A DNA stretch of 63,027 bases, counting the filler, from Craspedostauros australis (lineage: Eukaryota): NCBI GenBank assembly GCA_030167865.1. It is 10 parts of 10 records of this genome, joined end to end, with 100 filler letters (N's around TTAATTAATTAA, not from the genome) between each part and the next. Parts side by side here need not be neighbours in the genome. Positions count along the whole stretch, not along the records: positions 29,336 to 36,916 come from JALAGF010003543.1; positions 37,017 to 39,079 come from JALAGF010003546.1; positions 39,180 to 42,160 come from JALAGF010003547.1; positions 42,261 to 45,646 come from JALAGF010003548.1; 6 more parts are not named here. One strand, written 5' to 3'. Positions 34,312 to 45,646 of this stretch are shown one piece after another (the stretch's first letter is position 1; every line of letters begins with the position of its first letter). The position numbers were made by a program, and so were the translations under genes. The notes under the pieces are model-generated. The model saw only the letters and a program-made list of their open reading frames with translations. It ran no database searches and had not been told where the DNA came from.

Positions 34312-36916
34312 TTAGAGCACTTCACAGGCAGATTGGAATGGCCCAGGGCAATCCTTGGTTGCGTCGTCGATTACGTACGTCTCGCTGGCTGACGCACACA
34401 GTGATCCCCTGGCGCAAAAAGCGCAGGTAGCAGCCGTCGTGCAGACTCCTGCTCTGATGATGATGTCATTGGTTGCACTGTCATTTCGGCCAATTTCTGG
34501 ACACGTCCGCCCACCCGAGCAGGCACCGGCTTCGATGATCACGCTTCCTGCAAATTTGGTGGATATAGAGCGATGCACGCGAGAACAAGCCAGAAACCCT
34601 TGGCACGCATTTGTTCCGATGAAAACACTTGCCACGATCGGTGTTGTGGTTGTAGACCCTTGGTTGTTGCGAGCAGCAAAGGCAATGCATGCATTTCCTC
34701 TATCGCATGTTCCTTCTCCAACCCGTATGTTGCCAAAGATATTGACTCCAAGACTGTTGCAACTCGCAAATGAACCGCAAGCTCCTGGTCCGATCACCCT
34801 GAATCCGACTTTGGCATCAGCAGCTGGCTGATCTGGGTCGAAATTGCCCAACCGATTGCAGGCAGCAAATCCCTTGCAACTGTCAAGTATGATTGCGTTG
34901 GGACGTGTGTATCTGCAGGCCCGAGAGTCGGTGCATGACCCTGAGCTAACCGTCATGACACCACCATCAACAGAGTCAATGGTGCAAGCAAACTCACCTC
35001 TGCAGCATGAGCCATTACACGAATTCGTCACCACAGACGCGCTGCCAGTGAAGAGCTTTGTGTCCTCTTTCGCGAACGCCAACAATGCGCTCGTCACACT
35101 TTCATCGTTCTTGATCTTGTCAAAGCGTTCCTGTGCCACCTCCAATGTCACGGGCTGTGGAGGGTCTGCATCATTGCATCCAAAGATGCTCTTGATCATC
35201 TTGCGCTTCCCTTCAGCCAGAGCATCAACCATGGAGACGAAGCCCGCGCATGTGCCTGTTGCACCATTGCACAATACGTCACCAGTGATCGTATTGAACG
35301 TTTTTGTGGCGTCACCCGGTGTCTCAAGACATCCAACAGTCATGGATGCTGGGGTGAGAGTTGGAGCTGACGTCGGTGCCGATGTGGGAGCCGATGTGGG
35401 AGCCGATGTAGGAGCTGACGTTGGAGCCGATGTGGGAGCTGACGTTGGGGCCGATGTGGGATTCGATGTGGGAGCTGACGTTGGGGCCGATGTGGGAGCC
35501 GATGTGGGAGCTGACGTGGGATTCGATATGGGAGCTGACGTTGGAGCTGCTGTCGGAGCTGTTGGGGCTGATGTGGGAGCTGACGTGAGAGGTGTGGGGA
35601 AAGGAGTGGGAGAAAAAGTGGGACAGTCTGTGGGCAAGGTGTCCTTGCCAATACAGTACTCCTCCACCTTGTCACCAGTAGGATTGCCCCCGGAGCTGCT
35701 GTCTCCCTTTGGACAGGCCCCATCTATATCGCTGATGAAATAGAATTCATCAGGGCTGCACTCCGTCTTCGTCATGCATCCTCTGCATCCTTCGGCACTG
35801 CCGCATCCACCAGGAGGAACGATGATGTTGGTCTTCATTCGGTCATTGAAACCCATCTTCTCGCAAGACCCTTCAGCAGTGCAGCCACCAGCACCAATTG
35901 TCAGGCTGCCTGCATACTTGCCACCAGCACCATGGTTGACAGTTGAGTGAGCATCCTTGCAGGCATTACTACCAATGCAAGCATTGGAGTCAATGTCGAT
36001 GTGGCTGCGGAAGCGATATGATGGTGCTGATTGCTCCACACGGCGGCCAGCGGAGTTGCATGCGTCGGATCCAATGCATGCACCAGAATGGATGGTCACA
36101 TCACCATGGGAGCGGCGTCCCACTCCCTCACAAGATTGAGGGGTGGTGCATGCCATCTCACCGACGAAGGTGACTCCTGTGATGGACGGATTGATTTCAT
36201 TTTCGTTCATCAACTCGCATGCGCTGTCTCCAGTGCAGGAGGAATCAAGAATGAGCGGGTTGGGGCCCATATCCTTGCATGCGCTGTCGCCAGTGCATGA
36301 TGTGATAGCGACGGTCATGAATGGAGGGGAGTTGGAGGCGGAACTGGTGACTGAGGTGCATCCAGAGGATCCTTGGCAGCATGGGGTGGCGACAGGAGGC
36401 GATTGCATCGCAGCGATGGCCGCGCATGCTGCCTTCATTGCGTCTGGTCGTTCGGTGACGAGGATTGCGTTGGTGGCAGCGACCACGGCCAATTGGCCAG
36501 TAAGCACGTCGCTGGATGCGTACTTGTTGAAGAGCTTGCGTGCAGCTCCTTCACCGAGGTCTCCGGCGCACGCGAAGAAGTTCTGCAGTTGCTCGGATTC
36601 CTTGACAGCGCTGATGGCTTCGCGGCAGGATGGCTTGGCAGAGTTGCAGATGATGGTCTTGGCGCTTACCTCTTGCTGTGTGAGGGCGGTATTGCCATCC
36701 GGCTTGCAAATGACCTTGACGGTAGAATCAAAGACCACTGGGGCAGCTGATGGTTTGGCAGTTGGCAGGAGCGTCGGTTGAGAGGTCGGCAACGCGGTTG
36801 GCTGAGCGACAGGTGCCATCGAGGGCATCTCCGAAATCAAGCCTGTTGGCGGCCCAGTAGGCAATGCGGTTGGCGCGGTTGTTTCTGCAACAGCCGGGTT
36901 TTCAGTGGGTGGCACT
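34312..36916 (-). CDS. Cys-rich mucin-like extracellular protein (5'-partial): two homologous Cys-rich domains, each preceded by a Pro/Thr/Ser/Ala stalk
   Basis: 867-aa open frame reaching the contig edge. (PTSA)n array at about 35345-35620; recurring GxCxGxxAC units in both domains. Confidence 0.8.
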
Positions 36917-37097
36917 NNNNNNNNNNNNNNNNNNNNNNNNNNNNNNNNNNNNNNNNNNNNTTAATTAATTAANNNNNNNNNNNNNNNNNNNNNNNNNNNN
37001 NNNNNNNNNNNNNNNNCTCTTGTATGTACATGTCATTCTGAGCTTGCTGTGCTGAACACAGTGTCTTTCTTTCCCTCCCTCTCTCCTTGCTGTCTCA

Positions 37098-38445
37098 TGT
37101 TGGCAAGTTCCGCACAGGGATGCCTATGATCGTGGAAGACGGTGTTGGTTGATAGTCATTCTGTTTGCTATTTCATTACGTTGGCACTCCGATCCTCTCG
37201 GTGTCCGTTCTCTTGCCCGATGCTCTTGGCGCGTTTATCTGTTTCGTAGATTGGGTCGTCCGACTATGAGTCAGTACGTGGGATGCTCTCTCGCTGCTCT
37301 TTGTATTCTCTCTCTCTCTCTCTCTCTCTCTTAATACCGTGTGCTCATGTTACAAGATACTCCGTGTTTGATGCGTACTCCGCACTTGACACTCCGTTGG
37401 TTCACTGCTGGTTCCTACTCCATGAGTACTTACCACTTGAACTCCTCCTCGTGTATCCATATTCTCCATGCCCTTCGGTCATCGAATCTTCACCTTCTGC
37501 TTCTGACATGGCAACAGATGTCGATGTGGCGACACGATGACATCCTGTTAACGTCAGTAGGCGTCCTTCTGCTCTCTGTTGGCAAGTTCCAGACCTCGGA
37601 TGCCTACGATCGTGGAAGATGGTGTTGGTTGATAGTCGTTTGGTTTGCTATTTCATTGCGTTGAGCACTCCGATCCTCTCGGTGTCTCCGTTCTCTTGCC
37701 CAATGCTCTCGGTGCTTCAATCTGTTTCGTAGATTCAGACTTCGACTATGAGTCGGTGCGCGAGATGCTCTCTCGGTACTCTTCGTATTCTCTCTGTCTC
37801 TCTTTCTCTCTTTCTCAATACCGTGTACTCGTGCTACACGATACTTCGCGTTCGATGCGTACTCCGCATTCGACACTCCGTTTGTTCAATACTGGTTCCT
37901 ACTCCATGAGTACTTACCATTTGAACTTCACCTCTCGTATCCATGATCTTGATGTCCTTCAGTCATCGGATCTTCGCCTCCTGCTCTGACCTGGAGACAG
38001 ATGTCGACGTGGTGACACGATGACATCCTGTCGACGTCAGTAGGCGTCCTTCTGCTCTCCAGATGTCATGTTCCATTGGTGATGCAGTGGTCTGTCAGAT
38101 GATATCGTCATCTGAGGTTTAGTTGGGAGGTACCTCAAGATTTGCTTGGTACCATACGTTTCCATTGATGAATGGACGGACGATCTTCTAATTCTCTCAG
38201 AAATCGTCGATTGCAAATTTCCTCCAGAAATTCTGCTCATTTTCGTGTGTTTCATTTCCGCTGTGATTCTGACAAATCACAGCATACTGTCTACACTAAT
38301 GTAGTTTTACCGTCCAAGTGCGTACGAGAGAATAGCAGGTGAACGATGCACATATACACTTATATCTCGACATATACTCACATGTACATCTCGACAGCTC
38401 TCCAGATGTCACGTTCCATTAGTGATGCAATGGTCTCTCAAATAA
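37098..38445 (-). mobile_element. Outer, truncated copy of copia LTR family A, interrupted at 37576
   Basis: Begins TGTTGGCAAGTTCC. Collinear with the copies at 37577, 56470 and 61803; resumes after 38402. Confidence 0.8.
37577..38396 (-). mobile_element. Solo LTR family A (820 bp) nested in another LTR-A copy
   Basis: TGTTGG...TCGACA termini; GCTCTC is duplicated at 37571-37576 and 38397-38402. Confidence 0.85.
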
Positions 38446-38485
38446 ATAAATAACGCAAGGATTAGAGTACCACAGTGGCATCTGC

Positions 38486-39052
38486 TGTTGGAAGGCTCCA
38501 CGCACGGAGAATCGGTAGTAGTCAACACTCTTTGTCGAAAGCGTTTCTGTTACTGTTACTGTTGTTGCTATTGATTGTTGGTGAGCGAGCGTGGGGAATG
38601 AGATGATCAAGATGCTCTCTTGATCCATCTCTTCCTTGCTCTCATTGCTTGGTGCAATCCTCTTGCACCTCCATGCACATTTCTCTCATGTTGATCGTTG
38701 ATGTTGACTTGACCGTCAACGTTGTCGTTTCTCTCTCGTTGTCTCGTCGTTCTTCCGTTCTCAGGTTTTGTTGAACCTGGTGATTGATCGAATCTGATGG
38801 AATATTCACAACATATTTCATTCCTGTAGACCTGGTAGTTAAGGTCTCGATGTGACGTCACGTGTGATGNATACTGTGGTATCCGCTGGTATCNCGGTAT
38901 CCTGCTATCGTAGTATCGCGGTATCCTCGTGGTATCGCGGTGGTATTCCTGTGACGTCATAGTTTTGGGTCGTGATTCTGCCACCAAATATTCTTGATGA
39001 TGGCGCGCAAGTGTGACTGATGCATACACATCCGAGTACACACATTCCGACA
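38486..39052 (-). mobile_element. LTR family B (567 bp), 3' LTR of a minus-strand element
   Basis: TGTTGGAA...TTCCGACA inverted termini. Adjacent CCCTTCCT (39053-39060) is a polypurine tract, AGGAAGGG on the minus strand. A second copy starts at 57254. Confidence 0.8.
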
Positions 39053-39337
39053 CCCTTCCTGTAGGCGTCAGTCATTCGCNNNNNNNNNNNNNNNNNNNNN
39101 NNNNNNNNNNNNNNNNNNNNNNNTTAATTAATTAANNNNNNNNNNNNNNNNNNNNNNNNNNNNNNNNNNNNNNNNNNNNTTGAAGATGTTGTCATAAAAT
39201 CGAAACAGCAGCAGCTTACCCTCGCATTCACCAACAAAGCCATCTTGCTCTCAGCACACTGGCACACGTACCAACGACCGCCTCTCTCAATACTCAACAA
39301 CAACACCGTCCTCTTCTTCATCTCCATCTTCAACACC

Positions 39338-40981
39338 ATGGCAGAACAAATGAACCATCATCATCATCATCACACCGACAACAGCAACGGAAACGCTAAC
39401 AATGGCAACATCGGCAACGGCAACGTCGATGAGTTGGATCACATGCCACCTGCCGGATGCGGCATCATGGGTCGGTACCCCGTTCTCTCCGTCCTCCTTT
39501 TTGCCAGCATGGGCATTGGCGTAGGTGTCGGACTGAGCCAGTGGGAACCCGATGATCCCGATGACAAGGACATCACCCTCAAGTGGCTTGGCCTCATCGG
39601 TGACATGTTCATCCGCGCCCTCAAGGCCATCGTCTTGCCGCTGGTGTTCGTCAACGTCGTCATCTCCGTCGTTGACATGATGGGCCTCGGCCGCGCAAGC
39701 TCCATCGGATGGACGACGATCGGCCTGTACCTCCTTACCACCGTCATTGCCTCCATCATCGGCATCATCTCCATCGTGTCCTTCAAGGGTCTCTTCAACG
39801 AAGACATCTTCGAGGATGACGAGGATGCGCTCATGTCCTTTGGATGCAACACGGAAGGATTCTTCATCACGGAGCAGGACGACGGATCTCTCATGTGTAC
39901 GGAGGGATCTGGCGACGCCATCGACTTCCTTGTTGATGACATCTCTGGCACCTTCGTGAAGAAGAGCAGCGGCACGCGCGACGATCTCAGCCTGTCGGAC
40001 ACCATCTACGACGGCATCTTCACCAAGCTCATCACTTCGAACATCTTCACTTCCTTCAACTCGGCAAACTTCGCTGCCGTTGTCATCTTCGCCATCGCCT
40101 TTGGTTCTGCGCTGGGGCGAGTCCTCCACGAACGTGTGAATGGAGACGCAGCTCGCAGCAGCGTGATCCTCTTCTTCAAGGAGCTGGATGCCGTGTTCCT
40201 GAAGCTCATCAACTGGGTCATCATGCTGACACCATTCGCCGTCTTCTCGCTCATCGTGCGCGCTATCGGGAGGCAGGACAACCTCAGGGAGGCCTTCGAG
40301 AACGTCGGCTACCTCGTGGTCGCCACCATGATCGCAATGCTCTTCCATTTCTGCATCGTCCATGTCGGTCTCCTTGCCCTCATCCGCAAGAAGAATCCAT
40401 TCTCCTACCTCCGCAAGCTTGTCCCTGCCCAGACCATGGCCTTCGCATGCGCAAGCTCCGCCGCCACCATCCCCATGACGCTCCGCAGCGTGCAAAGCAC
40501 AGGAGAAGTGCCCGATTCCATCGGCCGCTTTGTGATCCCACTGGGTGCCACCATCAACATGGATGGAGGTGCCATCTATTTCCCGTGCGCATGCATCTGG
40601 CTGGCGGTTCTTAACGGAGTCGACATCGACGCGTCGGCCTACTTCCTGCTCATCGTCATCGCCACTGTCGGTTCCGCCGGAACAGCACCGGTGCCATCCG
40701 CATCGTTGGTTCTCATCATCACTGCCTACAACACCGTGTTCAACGCATCCGGCACCCCGGACGGTTTCGAGTACATCCTGGCCATCGACTGGTTCATGGA
40801 TCGCCTCCGCACCACTTTGAATGTGACCGGCGACGGCGTTGTCGCCGGGTTGGTGACTGCGTTGGCACCCGCCGATGTCATCGAGCAGATGGACAAGGCT
40901 GCGGCCAGCGGCGATGGAATGACCTCCAACAAGTCCATCGACAGCGAGAACTCTCACGAGGAGACAGCTGTCGTGCCATAG
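39338..40981 (+). CDS. SLC1/DAACS (dicarboxylate/amino acid:cation symporter; EAAT/GltP-like), allele 1
   Basis: Motifs GDMFIRALKAIVLPLV, AFACASSAATIP, PLGATINMDG and DWFMDRLRTTLNVTGD; multiple TM segments; intronless. Confidence 0.95.
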   Translation: MAEQMNHHHHHHTDNSNGNANNGNIGNGNVDELDHMPPAGCGIMGRYPVLSVLLFASMGIGVGVGLSQWEPDDPDDKDITLKWLGLIGDMFIRALKAIVLPLVFVNVVISVVDMMGLGRASSIGWTTIGLYLLTTVIASIIGIISIVSFKGLFNEDIFEDDEDALMSFGCNTEGFFITEQDDGSLMCTEGSGDAIDFLVDDISGTFVKKSSGTRDDLSLSDTIYDGIFTKLITSNIFTSFNSANFAAVVIFAIAFGSALGRVLHERVNGDAARSSVILFFKELDAVFLKLINWVIMLTPFAVFSLIVRAIGRQDNLREAFENVGYLVVATMIAMLFHFCIVHVGLLALIRKKNPFSYLRKLVPAQTMAFACASSAATIPMTLRSVQSTGEVPDSIGRFVIPLGATINMDGGAIYFPCACIWLAVLNGVDIDASAYFLLIVIATVGSAGTAPVPSASLVLIITAYNTVFNASGTPDGFEYILAIDWFMDRLRTTLNVTGDGVVAGLVTALAPADVIEQMDKAAASGDGMTSNKSIDSENSHEETAVVP

Positions 40982-42418
40982 GCAGAGAGCCACGGCAGGG
41001 TATGGTATGGGATGGTATGGGATGATGTAGCACGAGTACAGATGGACATGCAATATACTCCAGTCGTCTTTGCTGCATCGCCGTCATCGCCACCATCACC
41101 ATCGCCGCCACCAACTAGTATACATGAATACGCATATATGTGGAAGGAGCGGTTGTATTCTGCGCCGGCCCAGCACTCGTACTGATACGTACCAGTACGG
41201 GTACGAGTAGAGTAGTCGTACTTGAATCCTCGGTCGGCCTATTCCTTACTCGTAGTGATATACACATATTATTAGTTATATAACAATATNATATNNTATN
41301 NTATTCTATTCTATTGTAACACATTCGTCGAATACCTCGTCTACCATACTCGTATGACGTACCAATGGAGGACGAAGCCGATCCGATGTGTTTCACGTGG
41401 GTGCCAATGCCCCATCTTACTCGTACACTCCCGTAGGTCGTACTCTACTGGCTTGCACACTGTGCCACTCTCCGCTACAGATCCATCCACGATGATTGAT
41501 GCTGACACCGATCTTTGAAAAAAACGAGAGCGAATTGTGCCTCAGGTACTGAATCAGTCCGTTCTCGCAGTCCCCACACGAATGATGGTGATGATTGAAT
41601 CCACCGAGTCGAGGCTGCACGAATTGCGATGGCGGCAAAATGCAGCAAACATCACGAGAACCTTGCGGAAGAAATGCGGATCTGCTGTCGTCGGGAGAGG
41701 ACTGGGAGCAGGGGAAATATGCGGAACTCAAAAAAAAGAGCGTATTTTCTTCATTTGTTCACGGATTTCTTCCCCAACGTCGGACTGAAATGACCAACAC
41801 TATTGCGAAAATGCAGTTCAACGCAAGTAGTATCGATAGTATTTCTACGCGAGTTCCACACAGCTGATTTCGAACAAGCAGAGCTCGCGTTTGTCGTCCT
41901 TCTTCCTTTTGTCGGCGTTTGTGCTCCTTGGTTTTGGTGGCGCCTGTTGTGGCGGCTTGGTTCGTCGCTGGTTTCTGCGTCGTTCGCGTCCTTCACACAG
42001 CGCCGAATGGTTCTCGGTGTTGGACTCGCTTGCGTTGCCATCCGGCAGGCACGATACACACACTCATGCATTTGGTGTCTCTGTTCCATCCACGCAAATC
42101 GCCAACACAAATAGAGGAATCAACTGCTCGTGGTTCCTGATCATCCTCCTGTCAACGAATNNNNNNNNNNNNNNNNNNNNNNNNNNNNNNNNNNNNNNNN
42201 NNNNTTAATTAATTAANNNNNNNNNNNNNNNNNNNNNNNNNNNNNNNNNNNNNNNNNNNNTTGAAGATGTTGTCATAAAATCGAAACAGCAGCAGCTTAC
42301 CCTCGCATTCACCAACAAAGCCATCTTGCTCTCAGCACACTGGCACACGTACCAACGACCGCCTCTCTCAATACTCAACAACAACACCGTCCTCTTCTTC
42401 ATCTCCATCTTCAACACC

Positions 42419-44062
42419 ATGGCAGAACAAATGAACCATCATCATCATCATCACACCGACAACAGCAACGGAAACGCTAACAATGGCAACATCGGCAACG
42501 GCAACGTCGATGAGTTGGATCACATGCCACCTGCCGGATGCGGCATCATGGGTCGGTACCCCGTTCTCTCCGTCCTCCTTTTTGCCAGCATGGGCATTGG
42601 CGTAGGTGTCGGACTGAGCCAGTGGGAACCCGATGATCCCGATGACAAGGACATCACCCTCAAGTGGCTTGGCCTCATCGGTGACATGTTCATCCGCGCC
42701 CTCAAGGCCATCGTCTTGCCGCTGGTGTTCGTCAACGTCGTCATCTCCGTCGTTGACATGATGGGCCTCGGCCGCGCAAGCTCCATCGGATGGACGACGA
42801 TCGGCCTGTACCTCCTTACCACCGTCATTGCCTCCATCATCGGCATCATCTCCATCGTGTCCTTCAAGGGTCTCTTCAACGAAGACATCTTCGAGGATGA
42901 CGAGGATGCGCTCATGTCCTTTGGATGCAACACGGAAGGATTCTTCATCACGGAGCAGGACGACGGATCTCTCATGTGTACGGAGGGATCTGGCGACGCC
43001 ATCGACTTCCTTGTTGATGACATCTCTGGCACCTTCGTGAAGAAGAGCAGCGGCACGCGCGACGATCTCAGCCTGTCGGACACCATCTACGACGGCATCT
43101 TCACCAAGCTCATCACTTCGAACATCTTCACTTCCTTCAACTCGGCAAACTTCGCTGCCGTTGTCATCTTCGCCATCGCCTTTGGTTCTGCGCTGGGGCG
43201 AGTCCTCCACGAACGTGTGAATGGAGACGCAGCTCGCAGCAGCGTGATCCTCTTCTTCAAGGAGCTGGATGCCGTGTTCCTGAAGCTCATCAACTGGGTC
43301 ATCATGCTGACACCATTCGCCGTCTTCTCGCTCATCGTGCGCGCTATCGGGAGGCAGGACAACCTCAGGGAGGCCTTCGAGAACGTCGGCTACCTCGTGG
43401 TCGCCACCATGATCGCAATGCTCTTCCATTTCTGCATCGTCCATGTCGGTCTCCTTGCCCTCATCCGCAAGAAGAATCCATTCTCCTACCTCCGCAAGCT
43501 TGTCCCTGCCCAGACCATGGCCTTCGCATGCGCAAGCTCCGCCGCCACCATCCCCATGACGCTCCGCAGCGTGCAAAGCACAGGAGAAGTGCCCGATTCC
43601 ATCGGCCGCTTTGTGATCCCACTGGGTGCCACCATCAACATGGATGGAGGTGCCATCTATTTCCCGTGCGCATGCATCTGGCTGGCGGTTCTTAACGGAG
43701 TCGACATCGACGCGTCGGCCTACTTCCTGCTCATCGTCATCGCCACTGTCGGTTCCGCCGGAACAGCACCGGTGCCATCCGCATCGTTGGTTCTCATCAT
43801 CACTGCCTACAACACCGTGTTCAACGCATCCGGCACCCCGGACGGTTTCGAGTACATCCTGGCCATCGACTGGTTCATGGATCGCCTCCGCACCACTTTG
43901 AATGTGACCGGCGACGGCGTTGTCGCCGGGTTGGTGACTGCGTTGGCACCCGCCGATGTCATCGAGCAGATGGACAAGGCTGCGGCCAGCGGCGATGGAA
44001 TGACCTCCAACAAGTCCATCGCCAGCGAGAACTCTCACGAGGAGACAGCTGTCGTGCCATAG
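42419..44062 (+). CDS. SLC1/DAACS symporter, allele 2 (one D>A difference near the C-terminus)
   Basis: Virtually identical to 39338-40981; the contig starts at the same upstream sequence. Confidence 0.95.
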   Translation: MAEQMNHHHHHHTDNSNGNANNGNIGNGNVDELDHMPPAGCGIMGRYPVLSVLLFASMGIGVGVGLSQWEPDDPDDKDITLKWLGLIGDMFIRALKAIVLPLVFVNVVISVVDMMGLGRASSIGWTTIGLYLLTTVIASIIGIISIVSFKGLFNEDIFEDDEDALMSFGCNTEGFFITEQDDGSLMCTEGSGDAIDFLVDDISGTFVKKSSGTRDDLSLSDTIYDGIFTKLITSNIFTSFNSANFAAVVIFAIAFGSALGRVLHERVNGDAARSSVILFFKELDAVFLKLINWVIMLTPFAVFSLIVRAIGRQDNLREAFENVGYLVVATMIAMLFHFCIVHVGLLALIRKKNPFSYLRKLVPAQTMAFACASSAATIPMTLRSVQSTGEVPDSIGRFVIPLGATINMDGGAIYFPCACIWLAVLNGVDIDASAYFLLIVIATVGSAGTAPVPSASLVLIITAYNTVFNASGTPDGFEYILAIDWFMDRLRTTLNVTGDGVVAGLVTALAPADVIEQMDKAAASGDGMTSNKSIASENSHEETAVVP

Positions 44063-44920
44063 GCAGAGCCACGGCAGGGTATGGGATGGTATGGGATGAT
44101 GCAGCACGAGTACAGATGGACATGCAATATACTCCAGTCGTCTTTGCTGCATCGCCGTCGTCGCCACCATCACCATCACCGCCACCAACTAGTATACATG
44201 AATGCGCATATATGTGGAAGAAGCGGTTGCATTCTGCGCCGGCCCAGCACTCGTACTGATACGTACCAGTACGGGTACGAGTAGAGTAGTCGTACTTGAA
44301 TCCTCGGTCGGCCTATTCCTTACTCGTAGTGATATACACATATTATTAGTTATATAACATTATATTCTATTCTATTGTAACACATTCGTCGAAATCCTCG
44401 TCTACCATACTCGTATGACGTACCAATGGAGGACGAAGCCGATCCGATGTGTTTCATGTGGGTGCCAATGCCCCATCTTACTCGTACACTCCCGTAGGTC
44501 GTACTCTACTGGCTTGCACACTGTGCCACTCTGCTCTGCTGCTTGTGCTCGTGGGCGCATGCTCAACTTCGAGTTGGATTCAGCGCAGCACTCGTCCTCA
44601 AGAGTGCAAACAGTCAGCACTCCACATAAAAACCAATCCAATCAAAAAACCAAAGTTATCACATTCGAAGAGGAGAAGTCGCGCAGAGTACTGTACCATC
44701 TGCCTCTCGCACACTCGCACCCACAAGTTCCTATCATACCTCCCTGCGAGGGGGTCCGGATCTGTCCGAGGAGACAGCGATGGGCGCATGGGGAACCGAC
44801 AAACGATTGACTATCCGTCAGCGGCTTCTGCGAGGATGCAGCGCCCATGACATGCACGATAAGAATTTCTCAAATGCAGCTCGGAAGATGCTGGCTCCAT
44901 GGAGCGTGATGGGATGGAGT

Positions 44921-45646
44921 TCAGTCGTCGTACAAGAGCTCCATGTTCCTGTAATACTCCCAGATGGCTTCGTCTTGCTCATTCGCATCCACGATGTCTC
45001 CCCTGATCCAGTTGTTGTCGAATGCCATCTTGAGCTTTCGCTTTGCCTTGTCGAAGTCAAAGGTACTGGCAAAAGGCTCGATCTTCAATGATTTTGCCAT
45101 GCATGACCATGCCAACAAAGCGGCTGGGTTTGTGTGCTCTAAGCCCCAGACGTCGCCGCCATCACCGTCTTCATCTTCACTCGAGACGATGAGCTTGCTT
45201 AGGTTGGAATCGAGGACATCCCCACCAAAAGCGGGATCACAGGACCCACAGCACGAGCATGCCACGTCGCAATTGACTGCGTCGTCACTGTCGAGTGCGA
45301 GCACCCAGAAGATGCCTGCTGACGTGTACTTGCGATAGGCGACGAAGAGAAAGCGATACTCGCCCTTTTCTACCAGATGCCGGTAGAAAGAGTCATCCGG
45401 TATATGCGCTTCCACTTCAAGGTTTCTATCATGGAGATTCGTTCTGCATGATTTAATGTCGCCCCCCGACATCCCATCATGGGGCAGCACCAGATAGCCT
45501 TCGGAGTTCACATGACTTGGGACGTCGCACCCACTACCATCATCGCCGTCACCATCCTCATTACTGTAGGCAAAACACAGCGCCAAGGTTGGTTTCCGGG
45601 GTCTGTATAGACTCTGTGGTGGCGGCGGCGATTCTTCAACTGCACT
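44921..45646 (-). CDS. Hypothetical acidic protein, 5'-partial
   Basis: Frame open from the contig edge (45646) to the stop at 44921. Protein-like composition with a CxxxCxCCxxC cluster; no family recognised. Confidence 0.6.
   Translation of the reverse strand, partial: SAVEESPPPPQSLYRPRKPTLALCFAYSNEDGDGDDGSGCDVPSHVNSEGYLVLPHDGMSGGDIKSCRTNLHDRNLEVEAHIPDDSFYRHLVEKGEYRFLFVAYRKYTSAGIFWVLALDSDDAVNCDVACSCCGSCDPAFGGDVLDSNLSKLIVSSEDEDGDGGDVWGLEHTNPAALLAWSCMAKSLKIEPFASTFDFDKAKRKLKMAFDNNWIRGDIVDANEQDEAIWEYYRNMELLYDD

Noticed and set aside
39287..44188. 588-aa and 606-aa minus-strand ORFs opposite the SLC1 genes
   Set aside because: Antisense frames kept open by strong C-ending codon bias; no motifs.
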